Shown here: piece after piece, positions 1 to 7,885 of the stretch
Numbering within the stretch: the stretch's first letter is position 1
Layout of the letters: each line of letters begins with the position of its first letter
Notes under the pieces: model-generated
The model's input: only the letters and a program-made list of their open reading frames with translations
Database searches by the model: none
Told to the model about the DNA's origin: nothing
Made by a program: the position numbers and the translations under genes
Origin: a virus
Taxonomy: Duplodnaviria; Caudoviricetes
Strand: one strand, 5' to 3'
Virus record (IMG/VR): IMGVR_UViG_3300022923_000105
Span: 1 to 24,008 of that record
Length of the DNA: 24,008 nt

Positions 1-518
1 ATATTTCTAAGGAAAATTTTAATTTTTACATCATTATCATTTGAGCTATTGAGATGTGGTATCTCTTTGTCATACCCTGCGGTTCTGAAAATTTTTAATA
101 AACTCCCATCTCTTACACGATCAAAATCTATAGCAATTATGTTTTCTAATTTTATAGGTATCAAATGTTTGTATTGTGGCAAGGTGTGTCTATCAAAAAC
201 CACAACATCTTTAAAAATTTTCCAGTATTTGTGATCAATGGTTTTTACATCTATGTTGTTTATAGAAAGATATGTACTGAAACCGCTAATCCACCTATCG
301 ATAGGATCACGTAATATCACTAGATATTTTCTTTTATTGTCGTCTAGATGAGTATTAACAGCCAACCATTTGGTATGCTGGCACCAGTTGATTATAGATG
401 AACTACAACACTTACTGATGGTGACAAATCCCATTTTTCCGCATGGACTTCTAAAATAGGTGAAACCTTGTGGTTCGACGACAAACGTTGGTGTTTTGAT
501 TGTTTTATTGTTGGACAT
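1..518 (-). CDS. Sulfotransferase family 2-like protein, truncated by the left window edge (172 codons visible)
   Basis: Manual translation from ATG at 518, open to base 1: MSNNKTIKTPTF...GFVTISKCCSSSIINW...YLVILRDPIDRWISGFSTY...FDRHTLPQY...IPHLNSS. It shows a 5'-PSB-like motif (FVTISKCCSSSI), a 3'-PB motif (RDPxDRxxS), DxHxxPQ and HLNxS, all typical of Sulfotransfer_2 proteins. The start overlaps the end of gp47. Not in the ORF track because there is no stop in the window. Confidence 0.75.
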   Translation of the reverse strand, partial: MSNNKTIKTPTFVVEPQGFTYFRSPCGKMGFVTISKCCSSSIINWCQHTKWLAVNTHLDDNKRKYLVILRDPIDRWISGFSTYLSINNIDVKTIDHKYWKIFKDVVVFDRHTLPQYKHLIPIKLENIIAIDFDRVRDGSLLKIFRTAGYDKEIPHLNSSNDNDVKIKIFLRN

Positions 519-1527
519 CTAAATCATTATAAATTGCTGTTAATACGTTCTTGTCGTAGACTTCTGAGTCCACACCCTGTAACTGTTTGATTACGATCTG
601 GTCCACGCTATCAAACTTCTGCACTTCTACTAACGGTTGTTGTGCGTTGTCCACCTGTTCTGGTATCAGTTGTAGTTCCCTCAGTTGGTACTTGTCTATG
701 AATGTTTCCCTCACGAAGTTGGCTTCCTCGTAACTGATCTTTATGTCAAGCGTTACCCTCACATACATCTTTGGTTTTAGGTACTTGTCTGGATCTTCCA
801 ACAGTTCTGAAACTTTTATCGTGATGTATCTCGGCATGTCAGGCCAGTTAATGAACTTGGGTTCGGCCCCGTATTCCAATATCATCATGCCTCGATCATC
901 GTCCCATGCATCTGCGTAGTTGTGCGGGAAGGCATTGCCCATGTATGTGACGTTCTTCATGTACTGTCTCTTGTGGAAGTGTCCTGAGAACACCTTGCCA
1001 CACCCCGCGAAGTGGTCCGTCTGTATTCCGCCCACGTCTGGCATTTCTACCATTGCGTTCATCTTGAAGTATGGCAATTCAAAGTGTCCGAACACGTACT
1101 TCTGTTTCATTTTTTCAATCTTTTTCCATTCGTCTTGCACCACCCATGGAATGATAGCAACATCATCCTCGACCAACCATTCGTTTACTATGTGTATGTT
1201 TGGTATATTCCTGATGTACTCCATTGAGTTGATTTCTCTCTTGTCCCTGTAGTACAGGTCATGATTGCCCATTATCACGTACACTTTCTCGAATGCCGCA
1301 CCCAGTCTCTCCATGTTGGAAACTGTGTAGTTCATCGTGGAAACGTTTGTTGCTGATCTGTGATGGTGCCAGTCACCTAGGAATATGCAGGTCTCACATC
1401 CGTGCAGTTTTGCCTGTTCGATGAACCACTTGACGAACTCCTCACAGTCATCGTTGTGTATACGACTGTTGCCCTTGAGGCCAAAGTGTATGTCCGTGAA
1501 ACAGGCTACCTTTTTAAAGAATGCCAT
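505..1527 (-). CDS. gp47: Recombination endonuclease subunit, T4 gp47 / Mre11 / SbcD-like metallophosphoesterase
   Basis: 340 aa with the calcineurin-like phosphoesterase motifs TDIHFG, FLGDW, GNHD, GHFE and SGHFH. It lies downstream of a gp55-like gene, as in T4-like phages. Confidence 0.93.
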   Translation of the reverse strand: MAFFKKVACFTDIHFGLKGNSRIHNDDCEEFVKWFIEQAKLHGCETCIFLGDWHHHRSATNVSTMNYTVSNMERLGAAFEKVYVIMGNHDLYYRDKREINSMEYIRNIPNIHIVNEWLVEDDVAIIPWVVQDEWKKIEKMKQKYVFGHFELPYFKMNAMVEMPDVGGIQTDHFAGCGKVFSGHFHKRQYMKNVTYMGNAFPHNYADAWDDDRGMMILEYGAEPKFINWPDMPRYITIKVSELLEDPDKYLKPKMYVRVTLDIKISYEEANFVRETFIDKYQLRELQLIPEQVDNAQQPLVEVQKFDSVDQIVIKQLQGVDSEVYDKNVLTAIYNDLDVQQ

Positions 1528-1530
1528 TGA

Positions 1531-2514
1531 TTACCATTTCTTCTTGACTGTTGGTTTGTGATTGGTCATGTCGATCTTGTTCTTGAATTGCACGTCGTCA
1601 AAATCATCAGAGTCCAGTTTGCCTTTTTTCTTCAGTGTCTTGTTCAACTTCTTCAGCGTGGTCTTGTTGACCTCATGCACGTCACCGTGTGCGGTCTTCA
1701 TTCTCTTCTGGTATGACGGTCCTGCGGTCTCGTTCTCGTTCTGTCTCGTGAAACTGGGCATCATGCCGTTGAACTCCAATAGGTCGTCCCTGATTGCTTG
1801 ATTCTTCTTTTCTATGTTGAGTATCCTCGTGAAACTGTTTGTGATCGCCGCCGTGTAGTATGCGAAAGGGTTGTCTGATTTCGACTCATCGAACTGTAGT
1901 CCGATCTGACTCAACTGCATCAAGGCCTGTGACTGCATCTCGTCATTGTAGGTGTACCCCCTCCAGTTGGCCCTGGTACCATATCTCTCACACAACTTCA
2001 TGTACATCATGGCCAGGGTGTTGGTCATCTTGCCATGGTCAGCAGAGAAGTGTCCGTTGCTCATTCCACCCACCCAATGGCTTTTGCCCACGCACACCAG
2101 TTTGCCTTTTTTGTCAAACTTGTAGTGCTGGAATGGTGGGAAGTTGACCTTGCTGTGATGGTCCGCTGTGGTCTTGGGATTCTTCTTTCTCTCATCGTCC
2201 ATGGGCACATGGTCAAACATCATGACCCTGAACACCAGATCCGTCTTGTCTATCTTCCTTGGACTGACAGTGTAGTCCACTAGTTTTATCTTCTTGAGTC
2301 CGGCCGCCTTGGCCTCCTCCCAGGCTTCCTGTGTCAAACGCTTGGCCTTGGCCTTACGTGCCTGTGCCACCGCACTGGCGTTGACTTTCTTTAGATTGGG
2401 CACTATGAGGTCATACTGTGCGTCCTCGGGCGTCACGTATGAGCAGTAGGTGTTCTTGCTGGCGTGTATCTGTGCCAGCAGATCTCGGTTGTTTAGGTAC
2501 TTGACTCTCTTCAT
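1531..2514 (-). CDS. gp55: Late-transcription sigma factor, T4 gp55-like, with a large insertion
   Basis: N-terminal YLNNRDLL (T4 gp55 has YVNNKELL). The core RANWRGYTYNDEM...QFDESKSDNPFAYYTAAITNSFTRILNIEKK matches gp55 NFSGYT...EM...[22 protein letters not shown]. A cognate TATAAATA box lies next to the gene. Confidence 0.88.
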   Translation of the reverse strand: MKRVKYLNNRDLLAQIHASKNTYCSYVTPEDAQYDLIVPNLKKVNASAVAQARKAKAKRLTQEAWEEAKAAGLKKIKLVDYTVSPRKIDKTDLVFRVMMFDHVPMDDERKKNPKTTADHHSKVNFPPFQHYKFDKKGKLVCVGKSHWVGGMSNGHFSADHGKMTNTLAMMYMKLCERYGTRANWRGYTYNDEMQSQALMQLSQIGLQFDESKSDNPFAYYTAAITNSFTRILNIEKKNQAIRDDLLEFNGMMPSFTRQNENETAGPSYQKRMKTAHGDVHEVNKTTLKKLNKTLKKKGKLDSDDFDDVQFKNKIDMTNHKPTVKKKW

Positions 2515-2604
2515 AATTCCTTTACTTTATATTGTTGAGATTGACCACAAACAGGTCTGTTGAATCGTGCCGTATGGTGAATTAAGTGCGCCTAAAATAA
2601 TGCC

Positions 2605-2612
2605 TATAAATA
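2605..2612 (+). promoter_or_regulatory. T4-type late promoter (TATAAATA) for the baseplate operon
   Basis: Exact TATAAATA ending 43 nt upstream of the ATG at 2656, with a gp55-like sigma factor encoded next door. Confidence 0.85.
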
Positions 2613-2619
2613 TAGTTAA

Positions 2620-2648
2620 AGTATACGAAATTTTACAAAGGAAAGCAA
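2620..2648 (-). promoter_or_regulatory. Putative sigma70-type promoter for gp55-gp47-sulfotransferase
   Basis: The minus strand reads TTGCTT (2648-2643), a 17-nt spacer, then TATACT (2625-2620). The predicted +1 is near 2613, about 100 nt upstream of the gp55 ATG. Confidence 0.6.
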
Positions 2649-2655
2649 CCATATA

Positions 2656-3480
2656 ATGGCATTCGGAGACATAGGCAAGATAGTGAAGAACGTGGGAGGA
2701 GGCATATTCAACAGGACCCTGGGCAGGCTCACGGGTGCTGGTATTTCCACGGATTCCAGGATCGTCAACGCCAGGGCCAAATGGTCCGGACGTTCGGACA
2801 AGACCGACTGGCGTGTGAGACTACAAGTGCCAGACGGACCATTGACGAAATTTTTTGATTTCAACAACAATCCCATAATGCAACCATTGGCGGCATCACA
2901 GGGCATATTCTGGCCATTGACACCAGCAGTGGTGATACAACATTCCGCAAACTACAACGCCATGGATCAGGTGCACAGCAACTATCCACACCAGGCATAC
3001 CAAAACTCACAGGTGGACTCCATGAACATAATCGGAGAATTCCCTGTGCAGAACAGCGAGGACGCCAAGCACTGGGTGGCAACTGTGAATTTCCTAAGGA
3101 CTGCGACCAAGATGTTTTTTGGTAGCGAAGCCGGCATAGACGGACTCAAAGGTAATCCACCACCAATCATGCACCTGTATGGTTATGGGGATCACATGTT
3201 CAACAAGGTGCCTGTTGTGATAAACACGTTCAACGTTGAGTTGAGACCTGGCATAGATTACATCAGTACAAAACAGAGTGATGTGTATTCACAGAGACCG
3301 GGCAACGTCAGTGAGTTGGTACAGACTGGCGATTCACAGACCTGGGCACCAACGCTGTCTAACATATCAGTCCTGGTGACACCGATCTACAGCAGGGATT
3401 CGGTCAAGAAATTCTCGATGAAGAAATTCGTTCGTGGAGAACTCAATGGCAAGGGTAGCAACGAGGTAGGATTCATCTAA
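2656..3480 (+). CDS. Baseplate tail-tube initiator / tube-like protein (gp48/gp54 or CIS-tube-like)
   Basis: 274 aa. The segments WPLTPAVVIQHSANY...HSNY and GNPPPIMHLYGYGDHMFNKVPVVINTFNVEL resemble tube-fold initiators. It sits directly upstream of the LysM/gp53 and hub genes. Confidence 0.65.
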   Translation: MAFGDIGKIVKNVGGGIFNRTLGRLTGAGISTDSRIVNARAKWSGRSDKTDWRVRLQVPDGPLTKFFDFNNNPIMQPLAASQGIFWPLTPAVVIQHSANYNAMDQVHSNYPHQAYQNSQVDSMNIIGEFPVQNSEDAKHWVATVNFLRTATKMFFGSEAGIDGLKGNPPPIMHLYGYGDHMFNKVPVVINTFNVELRPGIDYISTKQSDVYSQRPGNVSELVQTGDSQTWAPTLSNISVLVTPIYSRDSVKKFSMKKFVRGELNGKGSNEVGFI

Positions 3481-3779
3481 TGGCCAAGTACTCAAACACA
3501 TCACCGTATTTCGAAACCAGTGAGGTAGCCAACTACCTGGACATATTAAATCCAAGGACGCTGACGGCAGAGGACGATGATCAGAGTTACACCATAGAGC
3601 GGACCTACGCATACAGGCCAGACCTGTTGGCCTATGACTTGTACGGATCACCGAGGTTATGGTGGGTGTTCGCACAGCGTAACCCAGATCAGATAGAGGA
3701 TCCCATCTACGACTTCAAACCAGGAGTGACGGTTCAACTGCCCAAGAAAGAGAACCTGCTCAAAGACCTGGGGATATAA
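3480..3779 (+). CDS. LysM-like baseplate wedge protein (T4 gp53 / P2 gpX-like)
   Basis: 99 aa with YTI...YRPDLLAYDLYGSPRLWWVFAQRN...DPIYDFKPGVTVQLP. Coupled to the upstream gene through a TAATG overlap. Confidence 0.85.
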   Translation: MAKYSNTSPYFETSEVANYLDILNPRTLTAEDDDQSYTIERTYAYRPDLLAYDLYGSPRLWWVFAQRNPDQIEDPIYDFKPGVTVQLPKKENLLKDLGI

Positions 3780-3782
3780 CGA

Positions 3783-5918
3783 ATGGCATCTAGAGCCGAC
3801 AAATACAGGAACTTCGATGAATCAGCGGCTTACGCCAGGAAGGCGAGCATAAAAACACTTCCGCTGGAACCAGATCCCAACGTACTTCACAAGTTCGCAT
3901 CTTACAACACCATATTCACTCTGTCTGCGTTGAGCACCCAGGAGATACGTAATCCCAAGCAGTTCTTCAACGGTGCACCACACGACATCATAGCGAGGAG
4001 CGGTGGAATAGGAGCCGCCGCCAACACAAACAACAGGCCCCCGGGTGAACGAGAGAGGTTCACGGAAGACACCAAGGAGACCATCAGGAAAAGTGCCGCG
4101 TTGCGAGACGCCCTCAACAGGAGCACCACAGAATTCTACAAGAACAATGATCTCTACTTCAAGAACGTTGAGATGACATCCATACCGGGATTGAACGAGA
4201 AGAGGCGCCTGACCAGTGTCACCAACATCATGATGGAGTTGGTAGAACCGTCGGGACTGACGCTGTTGGAGAAAGTGAAAGCGGCCGCGGCCAACAACGG
4301 CTTCCTGGATCACCTGGACGCACCCTACTTGCTGACCGTGGAGTTCAAGGGCTTCGACGAACAGGGCAGGGAAATAAAAGAGAACACAGATTTCATAAAG
4401 AGGGTCATACCCATCAAACTGATCACCATGGACATAGACGTGAACCAGGGAGGATCCTACTACAACATCAAGGCCATACCATACAACGAGTTCGCCTTGA
4501 CCAACAACTTCATGTATCCGAGGACCAGTGGAACATTGGCGTCAACGAACAGGACCTTCAAGGATGCTGTGCAGGATCTACAGAACATATTGAATGAACA
4601 GAACCAAGACGAGCAGGTCAAGGGATACAACCAATTCCCAGACAGGTATGACATATCGATCAGCCAGGACCTCAACCCCGAAGCACAACTCTCGTATGAA
4701 CTGCTGGGCCAGTCCGGAATGACACAGAAAAAAGAAATCGCCGCCCCTGGCGAAGAATTTTTCACCATGGAATACATCAAGTTCAACTCTTCAGTTAACC
4801 TTTTGAAAATGTTGGAAGAACTGATGAAGACCCATCCGGACTACGGAGCCAAGAGTTTCGACGAGTGGAGCCAGGCGGTATCCACACCAGGATCAACAAC
4901 GTTTGATCCAAACGGTGCTCTGTCCACGTACTTCAAGTATTTCAGGATACGTACAGCCATCGAGCCCCAGGGCGATTTCGATGAGATACGACAGACCAAT
5001 GCCAAGATCATAAGGATCGTGGTTGAACCGTTCTACATCAGCGCCTACAACCTGGCAACGGCGGGCATACACCAAGACAAGAACTACCAAGGATACGTGG
5101 CCAAGGCCTACAACTACATATTCACAGGTGATAACCTTGACATACAGAACCTTGACATAAACTACAAGGTGGCCTACTACCAATCAAGATTGAAGGACCT
5201 GGAGGCCAGCGATAGCAGGACGTTCACGCAGAGCAATAAGGATGAGATAGAGGAGACGGGTACACCGACCAACAGGAAGAGACCGGATGATATGCCAGAC
5301 CATTTGAATCTTCTTCCACTCAAGAGTGAACCGTCAGTGTACAAGAGTTCCAACAGCAACCGTACTGGCAAAGCAGACGCTAGGGTAGACCAGTTCTTTG
5401 ACGCCATAACCAATCCCACCGCGGACATGGTGGTGGTCAACATGAGCATACTGGGTGATCCCGCATGGTTGGGACAGAGCCAGTTCATTCCTGCAACACC
5501 AGAGAACTCCAGCGGCAGTTCACAGGACAACAACATAGATTTCTTCAGGGGTGGAGTCAAGACCAACGTATGGAACCCCAACCTGAAATGTTTCAACTAC
5601 GACGTGGCGGAGCCCATAACCAACCTCACTTTTAAGGTACCACAGGACTTCGATGACAAGACCGGTGTGTACGAGATGTCAACGGCACAACAGGCCGTTT
5701 TCTCGGGACTCTACAGGGTCACACAGGTACAACACAGTTTCACTGATGGTCAGTTCACACAGAATTTAACAATGGTCCGTTTCAACAACCAGAACGGTAA
5801 AGTTACCAACACCAGCAATGAGAAAATCACCAAGAAAAATGGTGTGGTGACAGGGGTCAGCAATCCCAATCAGCAGGCGAGACAGGACATAATTAGTGGA
5901 GCACTAGGATCATTATAA
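3783..5918 (+). CDS. Baseplate hub protein (T4 gp27 / Mu gp44 / P2 gpD-like)
   Basis: 711 aa. The C-terminal SILGDPAWL and FSGLYRVTQVQHSFTDGQFTQNLTMVR are typical of hub proteins. It lies between the LysM and spike genes. Confidence 0.72.
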   Translation: MASRADKYRNFDESAAYARKASIKTLPLEPDPNVLHKFASYNTIFTLSALSTQEIRNPKQFFNGAPHDIIARSGGIGAAANTNNRPPGERERFTEDTKETIRKSAALRDALNRSTTEFYKNNDLYFKNVEMTSIPGLNEKRRLTSVTNIMMELVEPSGLTLLEKVKAAAANNGFLDHLDAPYLLTVEFKGFDEQGREIKENTDFIKRVIPIKLITMDIDVNQGGSYYNIKAIPYNEFALTNNFMYPRTSGTLASTNRTFKDAVQDLQNILNEQNQDEQVKGYNQFPDRYDISISQDLNPEAQLSYELLGQSGMTQKKEIAAPGEEFFTMEYIKFNSSVNLLKMLEELMKTHPDYGAKSFDEWSQAVSTPGSTTFDPNGALSTYFKYFRIRTAIEPQGDFDEIRQTNAKIIRIVVEPFYISAYNLATAGIHQDKNYQGYVAKAYNYIFTGDNLDIQNLDINYKVAYYQSRLKDLEASDSRTFTQSNKDEIEETGTPTNRKRPDDMPDHLNLLPLKSEPSVYKSSNSNRTGKADARVDQFFDAITNPTADMVVVNMSILGDPAWLGQSQFIPATPENSSGSSQDNNIDFFRGGVKTNVWNPNLKCFNYDVAEPITNLTFKVPQDFDDKTGVYEMSTAQQAVFSGLYRVTQVQHSFTDGQFTQNLTMVRFNNQNGKVTNTSNEKITKKNGVVTGVSNPNQQARQDIISGALGSL

Positions 5919-7420
5919 TGGCAGGCAGAGATTACTTAAAGGGACACGCATCAACATCCAAGGCACCAGGCAATGACACCGCTTGGTCGGGAGAGAGTGC
6001 AGGTCCATACATAGGTGTGGTCAAGAACAACGTTGACCCATTGAGGATGGGCAGACTACAGGTCAACATTCCCAGCCTCAGCAAGACCAATGATCCCATC
6101 AGTGGCAACTTGGTCACGTGCGAATACCTTTCGCCTTTCTATGGCGCCAAGGATGCCAGACACAGCATTCCAGGTTCGACGGCGTACAATGACAGCCAGC
6201 ACAGTTATGGCTTCTGGGCGGTACCACCTGACATAGGAACCAGGGTGTTGGTGATATTCGCGGAAGGCAAGATGGACCAGGCGTTCTGGATAGGTTGCGT
6301 GCCAGAGCCCATGACCAACCAGATGACACCGGGCATAGCATCAAGCACACTGACCCACGATGCCTTGGACGGCACCTTCGAGGGAGCGGACGCAGGATTC
6401 CAACAAGACAAGAAATCAAGATATGGCACGACCAACGTGCCATCGGGGGAAGTCAATAGGACCAACACCGGGGCAACACCACAACAGATCGCCAATGCCA
6501 AAAGGCCCATACATCCATTCGCCGAGACTTTATTGAAACAGGGTCTGAGTGCTGATGACATCAGGGGTAACACCTCCAGTTCGGCACGTAGGGAAACACC
6601 CAGTCAGGTTTTTGGTATCAGCACCCCGGGCCCTAAAGACACGTCTTCGAAAAAACAATACATAGGAACCAAGGATACCAGGAAACAAGATTTCGTCACA
6701 AGAAAGATCGGACACACTTTCGTCATGGATGACGGCGATGTAAACGGTGACAACCAACTGACAAGATTGAGATCGGCATCGGGACATCAGATATTGATGC
6801 ATGACACAGAGGGTGTCGTGTACATAGCCAATGGTACAGGAAATGCCTGGATAGAGATGGACAAATCTGGTAGGATAAGTGTTTATTCAAACAGAGGCAT
6901 CAACGTCCGATCTGAAGGTGACTTCAATCTACACGCCGACAAGAATATAAATTTCCATGCCAAAGAGAATATCAAATTCACCTCAGAAAAAGATTTAGTC
7001 CTAAATTCCCAAAGTTACTTGTATGCCATGGGAGAGTCTGGTGTATTGAGTGCATCACAGAAAGGCAGTGTGAGGAACTATGCCAGAGATGGCATATCAT
7101 CATACACGGACGGAACACAGTTGCATGGGGCAGGCGGCAGGATAGATCTGGCAGGATCACAGGTGCACTTCAACAGTGTTAGTGCCAGGAAATCATGGGG
7201 ACCGTCATGGTTGCAACCTTCACACAAAAAAATTGATCTAGAGCCAGTAAAGGTTGAAGATATAATCGCAGAACAACCCATCAAAGATGGACAGAAAAAC
7301 ACAGAACAAACGGAAACAACAATCAAAGACTACAAGACAGATAAAGAGAAAGACGCATTTGTCACACACGAACCATACACCAGACCGGTGGGCGGTAGAG
7401 ACAAAGACGACATAGCGTAA
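5918..7420 (+). CDS. gp5: Baseplate central spike, gp5/VgrG-like (OB fold plus beta-helix, no lysozyme domain)
   Basis: Gp5 OB-fold motifs GPYIGVVKNNVDPLRMGRLQV and YGFWAVPPDIGTRVLVIF...FWIGC, then GHTFVMDD, RSASGHQILMHD and beta-helix-like repeats. TAATG-coupled to the hub gene. Confidence 0.85.
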   Translation: MAGRDYLKGHASTSKAPGNDTAWSGESAGPYIGVVKNNVDPLRMGRLQVNIPSLSKTNDPISGNLVTCEYLSPFYGAKDARHSIPGSTAYNDSQHSYGFWAVPPDIGTRVLVIFAEGKMDQAFWIGCVPEPMTNQMTPGIASSTLTHDALDGTFEGADAGFQQDKKSRYGTTNVPSGEVNRTNTGATPQQIANAKRPIHPFAETLLKQGLSADDIRGNTSSSARRETPSQVFGISTPGPKDTSSKKQYIGTKDTRKQDFVTRKIGHTFVMDDGDVNGDNQLTRLRSASGHQILMHDTEGVVYIANGTGNAWIEMDKSGRISVYSNRGINVRSEGDFNLHADKNINFHAKENIKFTSEKDLVLNSQSYLYAMGESGVLSASQKGSVRNYARDGISSYTDGTQLHGAGGRIDLAGSQVHFNSVSARKSWGPSWLQPSHKKIDLEPVKVEDIIAEQPIKDGQKNTEQTETTIKDYKTDKEKDAFVTHEPYTRPVGGRDKDDIA

Positions 7421-7423
7421 ATA
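7416..7423 (+). promoter_or_regulatory. Possible late promoter variant (CGTAAATA) overlapping the gp5 stop codon
   Basis: The TAAATA core at 7418-7423 lies 6 nt before the gp25 ATG at 7430. No Shine-Dalgarno sequence is visible. Confidence 0.45.
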
Positions 7424-7429
7424 TAGCAT

Positions 7430-7843
7430 ATGGCATACGGAGATTCAGGATCAGGAGACCTATCAAACAAAACGGTGACCTTCAAGGGTTTCAGTTCACG
7501 TGCGGACAAGCAGAACTTCAAACTGTACGACTTCGAGGTTGCCAAGCAGGATCTGATCAACAGGTTATCGGTGCGTAAGGGCGAGAGGGTCGAGAATCCA
7601 GAGTTCGGCACCATCATATACGATGCCATATTTGAGCCATTCACAGAACAACTCAAAGACGCCATAGTGGATGACATAACAGCAAATCTCAACGCAGATC
7701 CACGTATAAGCACGGAGGAGATCTTGGTCACGGAAGCGGACAAGGGCATAGCCATACAGGCCACTATAACCTATGTTCCACTGAACATCACTGAGAAACT
7801 GCGATTCAACTTCGACGAGAACTCACTACTGCGTCTATCTTAA
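7430..7843 (+). CDS. gp25: Baseplate wedge subunit gp25-like (sheath initiator)
   Basis: 137 aa with KQDLINRLSVRKGERVENPEFGTIIYDAIFEP and DPRI, the GPW/gp25 signature. It sits between the spike and gp6. Confidence 0.92.
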   Translation: MAYGDSGSGDLSNKTVTFKGFSSRADKQNFKLYDFEVAKQDLINRLSVRKGERVENPEFGTIIYDAIFEPFTEQLKDAIVDDITANLNADPRISTEEILVTEADKGIAIQATITYVPLNITEKLRFNFDENSLLRLS

Positions 7844-7863
7844 TATACGCACATTTCCTAACA

Positions 7864-7871
7864 CATAAATA
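7864..7871 (+). promoter_or_regulatory. Late promoter variant (CATAAATA) upstream of gp6
   Basis: 7/8 match to TATAAATA within the 42-nt gap, ending 14 nt before the ATG at 7886. Confidence 0.6.
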
Positions 7872-7885
7872 CCGTTGTAATTACA

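Noticed and set aside
2640-2650. T4 MotA box (TGCTT) middle promoter on the minus strand
   Set aside because: The spacing to TATACT fits a 17-nt sigma70 -35/-10 arrangement rather than MotA spacing, and the flanks do not match.
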